From IMG/VR virus record IMGVR_UViG_3300045978_000375, positions 570 through 64,569 of that record: a DNA stretch of 64,000 bases, one strand, 5' to 3'. Below, piece by piece: positions 37,928 through 46,131 of the stretch (the stretch's first letter is position 1; each line of letters begins with the position of its first letter). A program made the position numbers and the translations under genes. The notes under the pieces were generated by a model. That model was not told where the DNA came from, did not search any database, and was given only the letters and a program-made list of their open reading frames with translations. This DNA comes from a virus.

Positions 37928-38630
37928 TCCGCGCGAGGACGGCAACCCGGCGCCAGTCCCCCGTCGAGCCAGCCTCACGGGGGTGGTGGCCGGTGAGGTA
38001 GGGAGACCGCCCCTGCACGCCCCAGGGACGCGTCCGACGCGAGTCGGGCTACCGGCGCCGCCAGCGCCGCAAAGCGCGCCACAGCCGCCCGTGCTGCGCA
38101 CCGAAAAAGGGATCGGTCCGCACCAGCTGCCCCGGCTCCCTGAGCTCGAGCCGCCGAGCACCCCGCCGCCCCGGAGCTATTCCCCGCCGCCAATGGCGAG
38201 CCCAGAGGAGGAGCGCGCCATTGAACTTGAGGCACGCCGCCACGGTGACCGGGTCCAGCGCCCGCCGACGAGCGTCTACCATGCCGAGGCCGCCAAGTAT
38301 CGCGAGCCGCCATGGTGGCACACGACGGATGGCACGGTCAAAGTAATCGGCGCCATCGCGCTGGCCGGTTCGACGTTGGGCGTAGGCGGGTGGGTTGCGA
38401 GCCGGGCAGAAAAGCCCGAGCCGCCGCCTGCCGCGCTTGTTGCCTGCCCGCCGCCGAAGAACGAGGCGGAGCGGATGAAGCAGCCCGACGTCTGCGTGCG
38501 GCTAGAGCAGCTTGAGGCGCTGGCGAATCGCGCCGCCCTCGACGCCGCTGAGGCGCTCGCCCGGTCGCGCAAGGACAGTGATCCGCAGCCGGCCGCAACG
38601 ATCCAAGGGATAGCCCCCACACGCCCCTGA
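37890..38630 (+). CDS. Pro-rich single-pass membrane protein
   Basis: ATG overlaps the REC gene end by 38 nt. GC3 high throughout. TM VIGAIALAGSTLGVGGWV. The ATG at 38195 is an alternative start. Confidence 0.4.
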   Translation: MPPQPPRRPPRPDPREDGNPAPVPRRASLTGVVAGEVGRPPLHAPGTRPTRVGLPAPPAPQSAPQPPVLRTEKGIGPHQLPRLPELEPPSTPPPRSYSPPPMASPEEERAIELEARRHGDRVQRPPTSVYHAEAAKYREPPWWHTTDGTVKVIGAIALAGSTLGVGGWVASRAEKPEPPPAALVACPPPKNEAERMKQPDVCVRLEQLEALANRAALDAAEALARSRKDSDPQPAATIQGIAPTRP

Positions 38631-38653
38631 CGGCACACAGCCCGGCCACGCGA

Positions 38654-39088
38654 CTACCCGACGCTGGGCTCCGCAACGAGAGCGATCTCCTCTTCGACGA
38701 TTGCGGACGCGAGTTTCGCAATCAGCGCCCTGGCCTCGGCGTCCCGCTCGTCGAGGATGGTGACGAGCGCATCGAGCTCACTGGCAGGACCCCACTCCGC
38801 GGCGCGCTGGCGGCGTTTTCCGAGCTCTTCGCGGAGCGTCGTGGGTTCGGTAGGCTCCTGGCTCTTCCGCCTCGCTACGAGTTCCTGGACGGCCGGAACG
38901 AGCAGGGCCGCGTCCTTGCCACCGAGGTCCTCGACGAGCGTCACGACCTCGCGTGCTAGTTCGCTAGCGGCAAGCCCAGGCGGAGCGTCCGGGTCGATGG
39001 CGGCCGCGAGTTGCTGGACCAGCGCTTCCTTGGAAATGGGGTTCATGCTCGGACTATCGCTCTCATCGGCCATCCACGACCCACCCAC
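38654..39088 (-). CDS. hypothetical acidic helical protein
   Basis: Last gene of the leftward operon, convergent with 37890-38630. Start uncertain (several Met). Confidence 0.45.
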   Translation of the reverse strand: MGGSWMADESDSPSMNPISKEALVQQLAAAIDPDAPPGLAASELAREVVTLVEDLGGKDAALLVPAVQELVARRKSQEPTEPTTLREELGKRRQRAAEWGPASELDALVTILDERDAEARALIAKLASAIVEEEIALVAEPSVG

Positions 39089-39104
39089 AAGTTGGGATGT
39101 CGGA

Positions 39105-39290
39105 TCACGCCGACTCCAAGCACGGTGCTGCTTCTCGCTCGGCGTCTTCGCATGCGAGGCACCTCGTCGCGTACGCCCAGCTGTGGGTCGAGCACCAGTG
39201 CGGGTGCGTCTCGGAGACCTCGCTCGCGAACTGCACCCGCTCGTAGCCTGTGCCGTCGAGCTTCTCGGCGCGGTGCTGCCACTGCGTCAC
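39105..39290 (-). CDS. possible small Cys/His-containing protein
   Basis: GTG at 39290 overlapping the upstream stop (GTGA). 61 aa. Confidence 0.3.
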   Translation of the reverse strand: MTQWQHRAEKLDGTGYERVQFASEVSETHPHWCSTHSWAYATRCLACEDAEREAAPCLESA

Positions 39291-39517
39291 GGCTTCCCTT
39301 TCCGGTGCGACGCTGCATTCGGGCAGGAGCTGAAGTGAGACGTGTAGGCATTGACGACGCGTGCGGTCGGTGCGCCCGATGTCAGCCCTGCCTCGAGCGG
39401 GTCGATCACGATCCGCTTTTCGGCTCTCGCATCGAGCGGCATCCGCTTGCCGCTCGGGTGCATCACGACCCAGATGAGATCTGCGCCGCACGAGCGGCAG
39501 GTCGATGTCTCGCTCAT
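39287..39517 (-). CDS. zinc-ribbon-like small protein
   Basis: ATG 39517 overlaps the upstream stop (ATGA). CRSCG ... HFSSCPN. Confidence 0.5.
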   Translation of the reverse strand: MSETSTCRSCGADLIWVVMHPSGKRMPLDARAEKRIVIDPLEAGLTSGAPTARVVNAYTSHFSSCPNAASHRKGKP

Positions 39518-39837
39518 TCCGCAGCCGCTCCCTTCCGCTCGAAGTCGCCGCGCCACTCCCTCACCCTCTGAACACCCCGCGGCGTACAGCGGTAGAGCAC
39601 CGAGCCAGCGCACCGCCCGAGCCTCTCGAGCAGGCCAAGCCGGCAGAGCCGGACAGTGTACGCATTCGTCGTTGCAGGATGGTAGCCGTACGTCTGCTCG
39701 ACGAGCGCGCCGATGAAGCCGACGGTGGTCGGCTGTCCCGTCCGCTCCTTCGCGTAGCAGAATGCGATGAGCGTCTCGAGCTCACCGCGGCCGATGCCAA
39801 AGGCGCGGCGAAAGCGATCGTTTTCGTGCTGGTTCAT
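39514..39837 (-). CDS. winged-helix-like DNA-binding protein
   Basis: 107 aa. The pattern LIAFCYAKERTGQPTTVGFIGALVEQT...VRLCRLGLLER resembles MarR/PadR-type wHTH. Confidence 0.4.
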   Translation of the reverse strand: MNQHENDRFRRAFGIGRGELETLIAFCYAKERTGQPTTVGFIGALVEQTYGYHPATTNAYTVRLCRLGLLERLGRCAGSVLYRCTPRGVQRVREWRGDFERKGAAAE

Positions 39838-40763
39838 TCGCTGGCCTTCCCGAAAGCCTCGAGTTCTGCCGCGATTGCGCGGATGTCATTCCAGGCAATG
39901 TCGAGGATCTCGCGCGCCTCGTGCGCTTGAACGTCGGGAATGGCGAGCGTGAGGAGTTCGCGACCGAAGTCACGCACCCGCTCGATGTCCGGCTTCATCG
40001 CCTCAATCCGTCTTGCGTGCTCGGCCTGGCGCTCTTCCTCGCGGCGCCGAGCCTCTTCGGCCTCCACGCGCTCGCGCTCCATCCTGACCTTTGCCTCCTC
40101 CTCGGCTCGGATCTTCGCCTGACGTTCGAACTCCGCGCGTTCCTGACGCTCCCGCTCGAGCCGCAGCTCTTCGCGCTGGCGCTCCAGTCGCGCCTCCTCC
40201 TCGCGTGCACGAGCGGCCGCCTCCTCGCGCTGAGCCTTCAGCGCGGAAGCTTCCCGGTCGAGGCGCTCCCGCTCAGCTTCGAGCTTCTGCCGCTCTTCGG
40301 CGAGGCGTGCCTCCTCCGCTGCCCGCTCGGCCCGGCGCGCGGCCTCGGCGGCTTCCTGCTCGGCACGGATCTGCGCCTCAAGCGCGGCCTTCTCGGCTGC
40401 TTCTTTCTCGGCCCGGACGCGCTCGCGCTCGTTGTCGACCACGAGCTTCTTCTCTTTGAGCGGCTCCTCGATCTCCCTGATGAGCCCGGTGAGGTGCTTC
40501 GCTACCGAGTCCACCTTCCGGCCGTACTCGAGCGCGGCGCGCTTCAGGTCCTGGCGCCGCGACTCGATCTTCACCCGCGTCTCGCGACAGAAGCCGATCG
40601 CAAGCCGGACCTCCTCGTAGCCGTCCTTGGTATCGCACGAGAGGGCCGCGTACTTGGCGCGCGTAGCCGCGATGTCCGCCTCGGTGACCTCGTACCGCAC
40701 GAGGCTGTAGACCTTCGCGACCTCGGCTTCTTCGCCGACCTCGAGGAATTGCTCGTCAGCCAT
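39834..40763 (-). CDS. coiled-coil E/R/A-rich protein of the recombination module
   Basis: Start at MADEQF (ATG 40763). About 200 aa of charged heptad-like repeat. Confidence 0.5.
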   Translation of the reverse strand: MADEQFLEVGEEAEVAKVYSLVRYEVTEADIAATRAKYAALSCDTKDGYEEVRLAIGFCRETRVKIESRRQDLKRAALEYGRKVDSVAKHLTGLIREIEEPLKEKKLVVDNERERVRAEKEAAEKAALEAQIRAEQEAAEAARRAERAAEEARLAEERQKLEAERERLDREASALKAQREEAAARAREEEARLERQREELRLERERQERAEFERQAKIRAEEEAKVRMERERVEAEEARRREEERQAEHARRIEAMKPDIERVRDFGRELLTLAIPDVQAHEAREILDIAWNDIRAIAAELEAFGKASE

Positions 40764-41601
40764 TCGCCCCTGGTTCCTCTTGGGCACGCGGGTCCTCACT
40801 TGCGGGCGGTCCCGCCGGCTCTTGCTTCTTGGATGCGCGGAGTGAGATCCGCTTGCCGTCCTGCGCTGGCTCGGCAACGGCGGGCAGCTCCTTCGGAGGC
40901 GCCTCGTCGCCGTCCACGTCGATCACATCGATGCCGGTGATCTTCTCGAACACGCGCGCGTACATCTTGCGTTCGGCTTTGCCGAGGATGGCATCCGCGC
41001 CCATGCCGGAGTTCACCTTCACGGGGATGCGGGTGTCCATCGATCGTGCGTTACCCGTCTCGGCCGGTACTCCGAGCAGCTCCATGTCCTTGCCGTCGAG
41101 TCGCCACTTCGCCCAGAATGCAACGCAGGCGCCCTTGTCGCCAGAGAGCACCGGCACGGCGAGCTCGAACTCGAAGCCAGAGATGCCCGGCCATTCTCGC
41201 ACGATTCGCTTGAAACCGTTCTTCGCACCGTAGAAGCCGCTCGCGATGATGTTGAACTCGTTGTTGATGGGCCGGAACCCGCGGAGGAGCGCCTCTACGA
41301 GCACGTCGCGAACCGTCTGCCAGTCGTAGCCACCTTCCTTGTCCTTGTCGGTGAGGAAGCCGAGCTTCGTGCCCTGGAGCGGGAGAAAGTGTGTCTTGAT
41401 GGCGCCCTCGGTGAAGAGGTTCCGAAGCGCGTTCATGCCGCGCGCCATCGTCATCGCCTGGATCAGGGGGTTCTTATCCTTCAGAGCGGCGAGTCCGCAA
41501 TCGTGGACGATGCGTTCGACGTCAGCCGTGACCTTCGCGATCTTGCGCTCGGCATCGTCCTTGCTCTCGGGGTCGGTAGTGACTTGCTGCTGAATCGTCA
41601 T
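40756..41601 (-). CDS. putative single-strand annealing protein (RecT/Red-beta-like by position)
   Basis: 281 aa immediately downstream of the exonuclease and coupled to it. No definitive motif. Confidence 0.4.
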   Translation of the reverse strand: MTIQQQVTTDPESKDDAERKIAKVTADVERIVHDCGLAALKDKNPLIQAMTMARGMNALRNLFTEGAIKTHFLPLQGTKLGFLTDKDKEGGYDWQTVRDVLVEALLRGFRPINNEFNIIASGFYGAKNGFKRIVREWPGISGFEFELAVPVLSGDKGACVAFWAKWRLDGKDMELLGVPAETGNARSMDTRIPVKVNSGMGADAILGKAERKMYARVFEKITGIDVIDVDGDEAPPKELPAVAEPAQDGKRISLRASKKQEPAGPPASEDPRAQEEPGANG

Positions 41602-42719
41602 GCTCGTTTCTCCTGCAACTTGGTGGTGGTGCTCGTGCTGATGGCGCCGGCTGCACGGAGCTTTGCGTCGAGCTCCCGCACGGCGCCTGCCCCCTGGCCT
41701 TTGCCAGCCTTCTCGCGCATGACCTTCTCGACCTTCGAGATGCCGATCGTCATCGCGCGCGCAAAATCCTCGTCCGTGAAGCCTGCCGCCTCGAGCAACG
41801 GCCAGGCCTTCAGCGGGTCGAGCTCCCGGCGCGTCTCCTCCGTCACGGTGAGCCGCACGCCATCCGCGACGATGTCGCCGTGCGCCTCCACGTGGGCCTT
41901 CACGGCCGCCCGCACGCGCTGAGCGAAGTCGACGACGAGGTCAGCCTTCCGGAAGATCGCGACCTGCTCGGCTGGCGTCATCGTGTCGAGGCCGAACTCC
42001 ACGCTCTCGATGAGCGAACGGTCCGCGATGACGGCAAGGTCCCTGCGGAGCAGGGCATTTGCCGCCTCGCACTCGTGATTGCGCGGGCAGTGCGCGCAGT
42101 GCGACCCCGGATGAAAGACTCCGTCCCAGTTCACCACGCGCGCGACGAGCTCAGAGAGCCAGCGCTCGGCGCCGGCTCGGTTCATCGTGTAGTTCTCGAT
42201 CTCCTGCGTGCGGACCCAGAGGCCCGTCCAAGTGACCTCGTCGAAGTCTTCTGACGAAAGGAGCATCAACGCCGCGTAGCCCTTGAGCTGGTGAGCGTGG
42301 TCGCGGTCCTTCCTGCCAGTTTTCCAGTCGGCACCGCGGAGCGCACGCTCGGAAACGGCCGCAATGTCCGCGTGCCCGGTGAGCACGATGCCCGGCGCTA
42401 CCTCCTTCTCGACGCGGGTCTCAGTGAATGCACCTTGGAAGCTCGCCTTTACCTGACCCCAGAGCTTCACGCCCATGGCGCAGAGCATCCGGGTTTCGTC
42501 GGGGTTCGCGCCGTGCTCCTTAGCTACCGTGGGAATCGAGTCCCAGTCGATCTGGCCGGCACGTGGGAGTGTCTTCAGGATGGCGTGCGCGGCGGTGCCG
42601 TCGTCTGCCGCCTCGTGCGAAGCATTGATCGCCACCTTGCTCGGACGGATCGAGCCAGGGCAGCGCACCGCGAGCGGCAGCGCGCTACAGCGCAGGTTGA
42701 GCTTTTGCTGGTCTGCCAT
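41598..42719 (-). CDS. PD-(D/E)XK exonuclease with Cas4-like Cys cluster
   Basis: Start at MADQQK (ATG 42719). GHADI, DWKTG and QLKGY motifs. Cys at RCSALPLAVRC plus HCAHCPRNHEC. Confidence 0.65.
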   Translation of the reverse strand: MADQQKLNLRCSALPLAVRCPGSIRPSKVAINASHEAADDGTAAHAILKTLPRAGQIDWDSIPTVAKEHGANPDETRMLCAMGVKLWGQVKASFQGAFTETRVEKEVAPGIVLTGHADIAAVSERALRGADWKTGRKDRDHAHQLKGYAALMLLSSEDFDEVTWTGLWVRTQEIENYTMNRAGAERWLSELVARVVNWDGVFHPGSHCAHCPRNHECEAANALLRRDLAVIADRSLIESVEFGLDTMTPAEQVAIFRKADLVVDFAQRVRAAVKAHVEAHGDIVADGVRLTVTEETRRELDPLKAWPLLEAAGFTDEDFARAMTIGISKVEKVMREKAGKGQGAGAVRELDAKLRAAGAISTSTTTKLQEKRA

Positions 42720-42726
42720 CGTGTCC

Positions 42727-43056
42727 TTACCGCTTGTCGTCCACCTCGAGCGCACCGCGTGCGGCTGCCCGGAGAATGCCGAGAGCCTCGCGCAGCGGGT
42801 GTGGCACGGTTCCGAGCGCAAACACGTTGTCGATGCGCGCTTCAATGCTCGCGAGCGCTGCCCGCAAGTTCTCGCTCCTTGCTCGGAGCGCCGAGACCTC
42901 ACCCACGAGCGCGAGCTGCTCGGCGTAGGCGATGACTGCGTCCACCGCCTTGGTGGCGAGCTCCTCGGCCTCCTCCGTCTGCACGCCGCAAGCCTCATAG
43001 CCCTCGAGCAGGGCATCGATGGCGCAACGTCGAGCATATGCTCGTGCAGTGCTCAC
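42727..43056 (-). CDS. hypothetical helical protein
   Basis: 109 aa, high GC3, fits between neighbours. Confidence 0.45.
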   Translation of the reverse strand: MSTARAYARRCAIDALLEGYEACGVQTEEAEELATKAVDAVIAYAEQLALVGEVSALRARSENLRAALASIEARIDNVFALGTVPHPLREALGILRAAARGALEVDDKR

Positions 43057-43256
43057 GACAGCGACTCCGAGCGCGGCGGTCTCACCGTGAGGACACGTCC
43101 GTCCTTCCGACCGCTCTGGTAGTCGTCTTCGTCCACCTGGTCGATGAGCGACCGGGCGTAGCGCGCGAGGTTCAGCGCCATGTCGGGCCTGCCCTCCTCG
43201 AGGCGCCGTTCAGCCTTGTCGAGGCACTTCTGCGCGAGGTCGAGACGCCAGTTCAT
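43053..43256 (-). CDS. hypothetical small protein
   Basis: 67 aa, overlap-coupled. Confidence 0.4.
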   Translation of the reverse strand: MNWRLDLAQKCLDKAERRLEEGRPDMALNLARYARSLIDQVDEDDYQSGRKDGRVLTVRPPRSESLS

Positions 43257-43534
43257 GCCCGCCCCTTGTCCGCGTTGTGCAGCGCGTTCACCAATGCCAT
43301 CGCAACCTTCGGAGCGGCGCTCGCAGGCCGAGCATCAATCGCGATGCAGAGGTCATCGAATGCAGCCGGGCCGCCTCCGTCAATGCAGCGGCGGGCGAGC
43401 GTGGCGAGCTGCCGGTATTCGTACGTGCTCGGCCTGGCCATTGGCTGTGAAGCGAGCGTTATGATCGTCAACCTGAAGTCGGCTACCGTCTCGCTCGGAA
43501 ACCAGTAGGCTCGGAGTCGGTCGAGAAAGCTCAT
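43253..43534 (-). CDS. hypothetical protein
   Basis: 93 aa, overlap-coupled. Confidence 0.4.
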   Translation of the reverse strand: MSFLDRLRAYWFPSETVADFRLTIITLASQPMARPSTYEYRQLATLARRCIDGGGPAAFDDLCIAIDARPASAAPKVAMALVNALHNADKGRA

Positions 43535-43800
43535 CGTCGATTCTCCTCGCAGCTCTCCACCCGCCCATCAGCTCGCAGCGTCCTATGGCCGCCGCAGCAC
43601 CGACAGTTCCACACGTGCATCCCATCGACACGCTCGTAGACGACGGCAGGAATCCCGGCTTCGGCGTCGCACCAAGCTCGCCGGCACGCGAAGCAGCGCC
43701 GAGCCCGGCCCTTGAACGGCACGTTGAACTCGCGCCGGATCACGCGTTCCAGCTCCGTCGCCGCCTGGATCTGACCGTACGAGAGGGGAAGGCCTTCCAT
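43531..43800 (-). CDS. Cys-rich small protein
   Basis: CFACRRAWC ... WNCRCCGGH. Confidence 0.45.
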   Translation of the reverse strand: MEGLPLSYGQIQAATELERVIRREFNVPFKGRARRCFACRRAWCDAEAGIPAVVYERVDGMHVWNCRCCGGHRTLRADGRVESCEENRR

Positions 43801-44336
43801 CAGTGTCCCTCCTGGCGGAAAGAAAACTCTCGGGAGATCGTTTCGAGCTGCTTACCGTCGAGCAGCCCCTGGCCGATGCAGTCGAGCGCGTAGATGCAGG
43901 CCTCGACCTCGATCGAGGTCAGGTCCCGCTTTCGCGCTGCCTCGCCGAGGCCGACGCTGAACACGGTATAGCCGTGCGCCGGTCCGCGGCCGTACTCGTG
44001 ATCCTCCCGCTGGTCGCTCCATCTGTCGTAGTTCTTCGTGCCGAAGTAATTGTGCCGGAGCTTGCCTCCGCCCGAGAGAATGGCGTCCTTCGCGTCCAGT
44101 ATCACCCCACGGCGGCACTCGTTGATCGTCCCGCGGCAGACGAGTATGCCAGCGGCGAGGACCAACGCGTCGCGGTCAAGCTCGACGCGGACAGCAAGCG
44201 CCTCTGCTATCTGCTTGCGCCTGGATCTGTTCGCTTCAAGCCTATTCGCGAGGTCCGACATCTCCTTCCGGAGGCGCAGGTCCTCGGCCGCTAGCTCGAC
44301 GCGGAGTGCAGCCATGCTGGGCATGCTCATCGCCAT
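43800..44336 (-). CDS. hypothetical protein
   Basis: 178 aa. N-terminal coiled coil plus a globular domain. Confidence 0.45.
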   Translation of the reverse strand: MAMSMPSMAALRVELAAEDLRLRKEMSDLANRLEANRSRRKQIAEALAVRVELDRDALVLAAGILVCRGTINECRRGVILDAKDAILSGGGKLRHNYFGTKNYDRWSDQREDHEYGRGPAHGYTVFSVGLGEAARKRDLTSIEVEACIYALDCIGQGLLDGKQLETISREFSFRQEGH

Positions 44337-44695
44337 TCCTCCGCCGTCAAAAGAGCCGCTGGCGGCAACCCCGAATCCCTCGCCGCCGCATCGATCGCCG
44401 CGGCCCGGTCGCTCTCGAGCTCACCCGACTCGAGCCCATACGACCCAACCAGCCGCATCGACGCACGCTCGAACACGAGCACGCTGTAGAGCGACGGCGG
44501 AATGGCCGCGGCGTCCACTTGGTTCGGCGATCCGAACTCCCTCGTGATCGCTCGGTCGAAGCTGTCCTGAGTCGGCTCGGAGTCGTCTGCGAGCTGCAGG
44601 AACTGCGGGAGGCGTGGCGCGCTCAGGCTCACGACTTCGACCAGGTCGAGCTCACCGGGAGCGCACGGGCGCGTCGGGGTGGCGAGGGCGGTCAC
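44327..44695 (-). CDS. hypothetical acidic protein
   Basis: 122 aa, overlap-coupled. Confidence 0.4.
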   Translation of the reverse strand: MTALATPTRPCAPGELDLVEVVSLSAPRLPQFLQLADDSEPTQDSFDRAITREFGSPNQVDAAAIPPSLYSVLVFERASMRLVGSYGLESGELESDRAAAIDAAARDSGLPPAALLTAEEWR

Positions 44696-45009
44696 GGGCG
44701 CACCTGCGACAGGCCCGGCGGGAAGATTTTCCCGAACGCCTCTGCCTCATCCGAGTAATTGAAGTGGCCCCAGTGCCGGCGAGCTTCGAAGGCAACGCGA
44801 GCACGATCGGCGCCGCGGAACTCGCTCACCGTTCGAGCACCGTCGCTAGACAGCATGCGTGCTACCCACTCGTCGCCCTCGCGCCCGAGGGTGTAGTGAG
44901 TGCTGATGTAGGCGGCGCGGTGGGATGCGGCTGGCCCGCGCGCTCCGCTCGAGAACGTAGCCCCGAACGCCGCGGCGGACATGCCGCCCTCACGACGACG
45001 GCGGGCCAT
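44692..45009 (-). CDS. hypothetical protein
   Basis: 105 aa, ATG 45009 abutting the upstream stop. Confidence 0.4.
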   Translation of the reverse strand: MARRRREGGMSAAAFGATFSSGARGPAASHRAAYISTHYTLGREGDEWVARMLSSDGARTVSEFRGADRARVAFEARRHWGHFNYSDEAEAFGKIFPPGLSQVRP

Positions 45010-45195
45010 CTAAGCCGCCCTCCCCGCGCTGTGGACGAGCCGGATGCCGGTGCGGGTGGGGAGAGCGGGCACGGCCGGCGGTGGCTCGGGAGCCTCGACG
45101 CCGGGCGGGACGGGCGGCGCCGACGGCGCGACCCGGGGGAGCGGAAGCCACACGGCCAGCGCGAACCAGCCGGGGATCTTGATTGCTACGAGCAT
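45010..45195 (-). CDS. small TM / Pro-rich protein, first gene of the leftward operon
   Basis: ATG 45195 chosen because it sits at the end of the PL-like cassette. The track start TTG 45231 is the TTG of a TTGACA box. Confidence 0.4.
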   Translation of the reverse strand: MLVAIKIPGWFALAVWLPLPRVAPSAPPVPPGVEAPEPPPAVPALPTRTGIRLVHSAGRAA

Positions 45196-45231
45196 GGCAA
45201 CGAGTATTGCCGCGGCAACGATTGTTGTCAA
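45193..45231 (-). promoter_or_regulatory. PL-like promoter-operator cassette
   Basis: Minus strand reads TTGACA-acaatcg-TTGCCgcGGCAA-tactcg-TTGCC-ATG. 30 of 39 nt identical to the cassette at 45781-45819. Confidence 0.6.
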
Positions 45232-45292
45232 CAGTGGCGAGCGCGTAGCCGGTCGATTTTTCGTACTTCGGCCTCTTTTGGCTATGAAAAAG

Positions 45293-45733
45293 TCATCCAG
45301 CTCGGGTGCCGGACGAGCTTGGCCTAACCCCCGTGCTCGGAGGGTCCGGGGTTGCCTCAGCTGCTTCCACTGCCATTAGAAAGCTTCGCCACTGCTCAGC
45401 GGTGCGCGCCCCACGGGCTGCCTTGGCTGCGGCTCGAGCGGCTGGGCTCCACTCGCGCTCCGCGAGTACCACCTCGAGCGCAGTCAGCCGAGTTCGGCGC
45501 GGCGCCCCTCGGCCGCTCACGAGCCAGTGCAGGTCAACGTTGTTGCCCTCGGCGATTTTCCGGTGAACGTCGCCTGTGCCGGGGACTTTATCCGGACGCT
45601 TGTCGCTTTCCCGCACGAGTCGCGAGACCGTCTGCCGCTTGAGCTTGGCGTTCTTCGCTACGTCGGCAACGCTCAGCTTTCCGGAGCCGCCGTTCTCTTG
45701 GATCCAACGGATGCGGTCAGCGAAGCTGCGCAC
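45293..45733 (-). CDS. cI-like HTH repressor
   Basis: GTG 45733. HTH LSVADVAKNAKLKRQTVSRLV and ...DLHWLVSGRG. Divergent from the Cro-like gene. No S24 peptidase domain seen. Confidence 0.6.
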   Translation of the reverse strand: MRSFADRIRWIQENGGSGKLSVADVAKNAKLKRQTVSRLVRESDKRPDKVPGTGDVHRKIAEGNNVDLHWLVSGRGAPRRTRLTALEVVLAEREWSPAARAAAKAARGARTAEQWRSFLMAVEAAEATPDPPSTGVRPSSSGTRAG

Positions 45734-45749
45734 CCGAGGGAGACTGCTA

Positions 45750-45765
45750 GGCAATTGTCGTTGCC
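45750..45765. promoter_or_regulatory. operator-like dyad GGCAA-N6-TTGCC upstream of the repressor gene
   Basis: Same dyad as in both cassettes. Lies in the spacer of a possible TTGCGG-N17-CAGTCT-N7-GTG leftward promoter. Confidence 0.5.
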
Positions 45766-45780
45766 GCAAGGCGAACACGC

Positions 45781-45819
45781 TTGACAATATCTGTTGCCAT
45801 GGCAATATGCGTTGCCGTG
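45781..45819 (+). promoter_or_regulatory. PR-like promoter-operator cassette
   Basis: TTGACA-atatctg-TTGCCatGGCAA-tatgcg-TTGCC-GTG. Perfect -35 hexamer, two overlapping dyads, start codon immediately after. Confidence 0.6.
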
Positions 45820-46131
45820 AGCGTAGGTGAGCGAATCGCCCTGGTTCGGGGCTTGTCTGGTCTGTCGGCAGCTGAACTTGGGCGCAGAGCCGGGCTCTCG
45901 AGGGGCACGCTGCCTCTCCTCGAAGCCGGCACGAACAAGCAGCCGGGAGCGAAAACGCTGCTCGCACTGAGCCAGGCGACGGGGGTCCCGATGGAGTGGT
46001 TCTTGGCTGGCACGGGTGACGCACCGACGCCTGAAAGCGTGAAGGCGGCACTCGGAATCTCGAACGCCGAAGACCCATCCCCCGACTCCAACGCCCAGCC
46101 GAACGGCAAGGCGAAGGAGCCGGCAGCGTGA
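45817..46131 (+). CDS. Cro-like XRE-family HTH protein
   Basis: LSAAELGRRAGLSRGTLPLLEAG...LLALSQATGVPMEWFLAG. GTG 45817 preferred by analogy with the PL cassette. ATG 45799 is also possible. Confidence 0.6.
   Translation: MSVGERIALVRGLSGLSAAELGRRAGLSRGTLPLLEAGTNKQPGAKTLLALSQATGVPMEWFLAGTGDAPTPESVKAALGISNAEDPSPDSNAQPNGKAKEPAA

Noticed and set aside
45232-45292. AT-richer gap after the repressor gene with the imperfect inverted repeat GATTTTTC ... GAAAAAGTC, considered as a terminator
   Set aside because: The stem is imperfect with an unpaired base, the loop is long, and there is no clean T-tract on the transcribed (minus) strand. It could equally be part of the PL upstream region, so it is not called.
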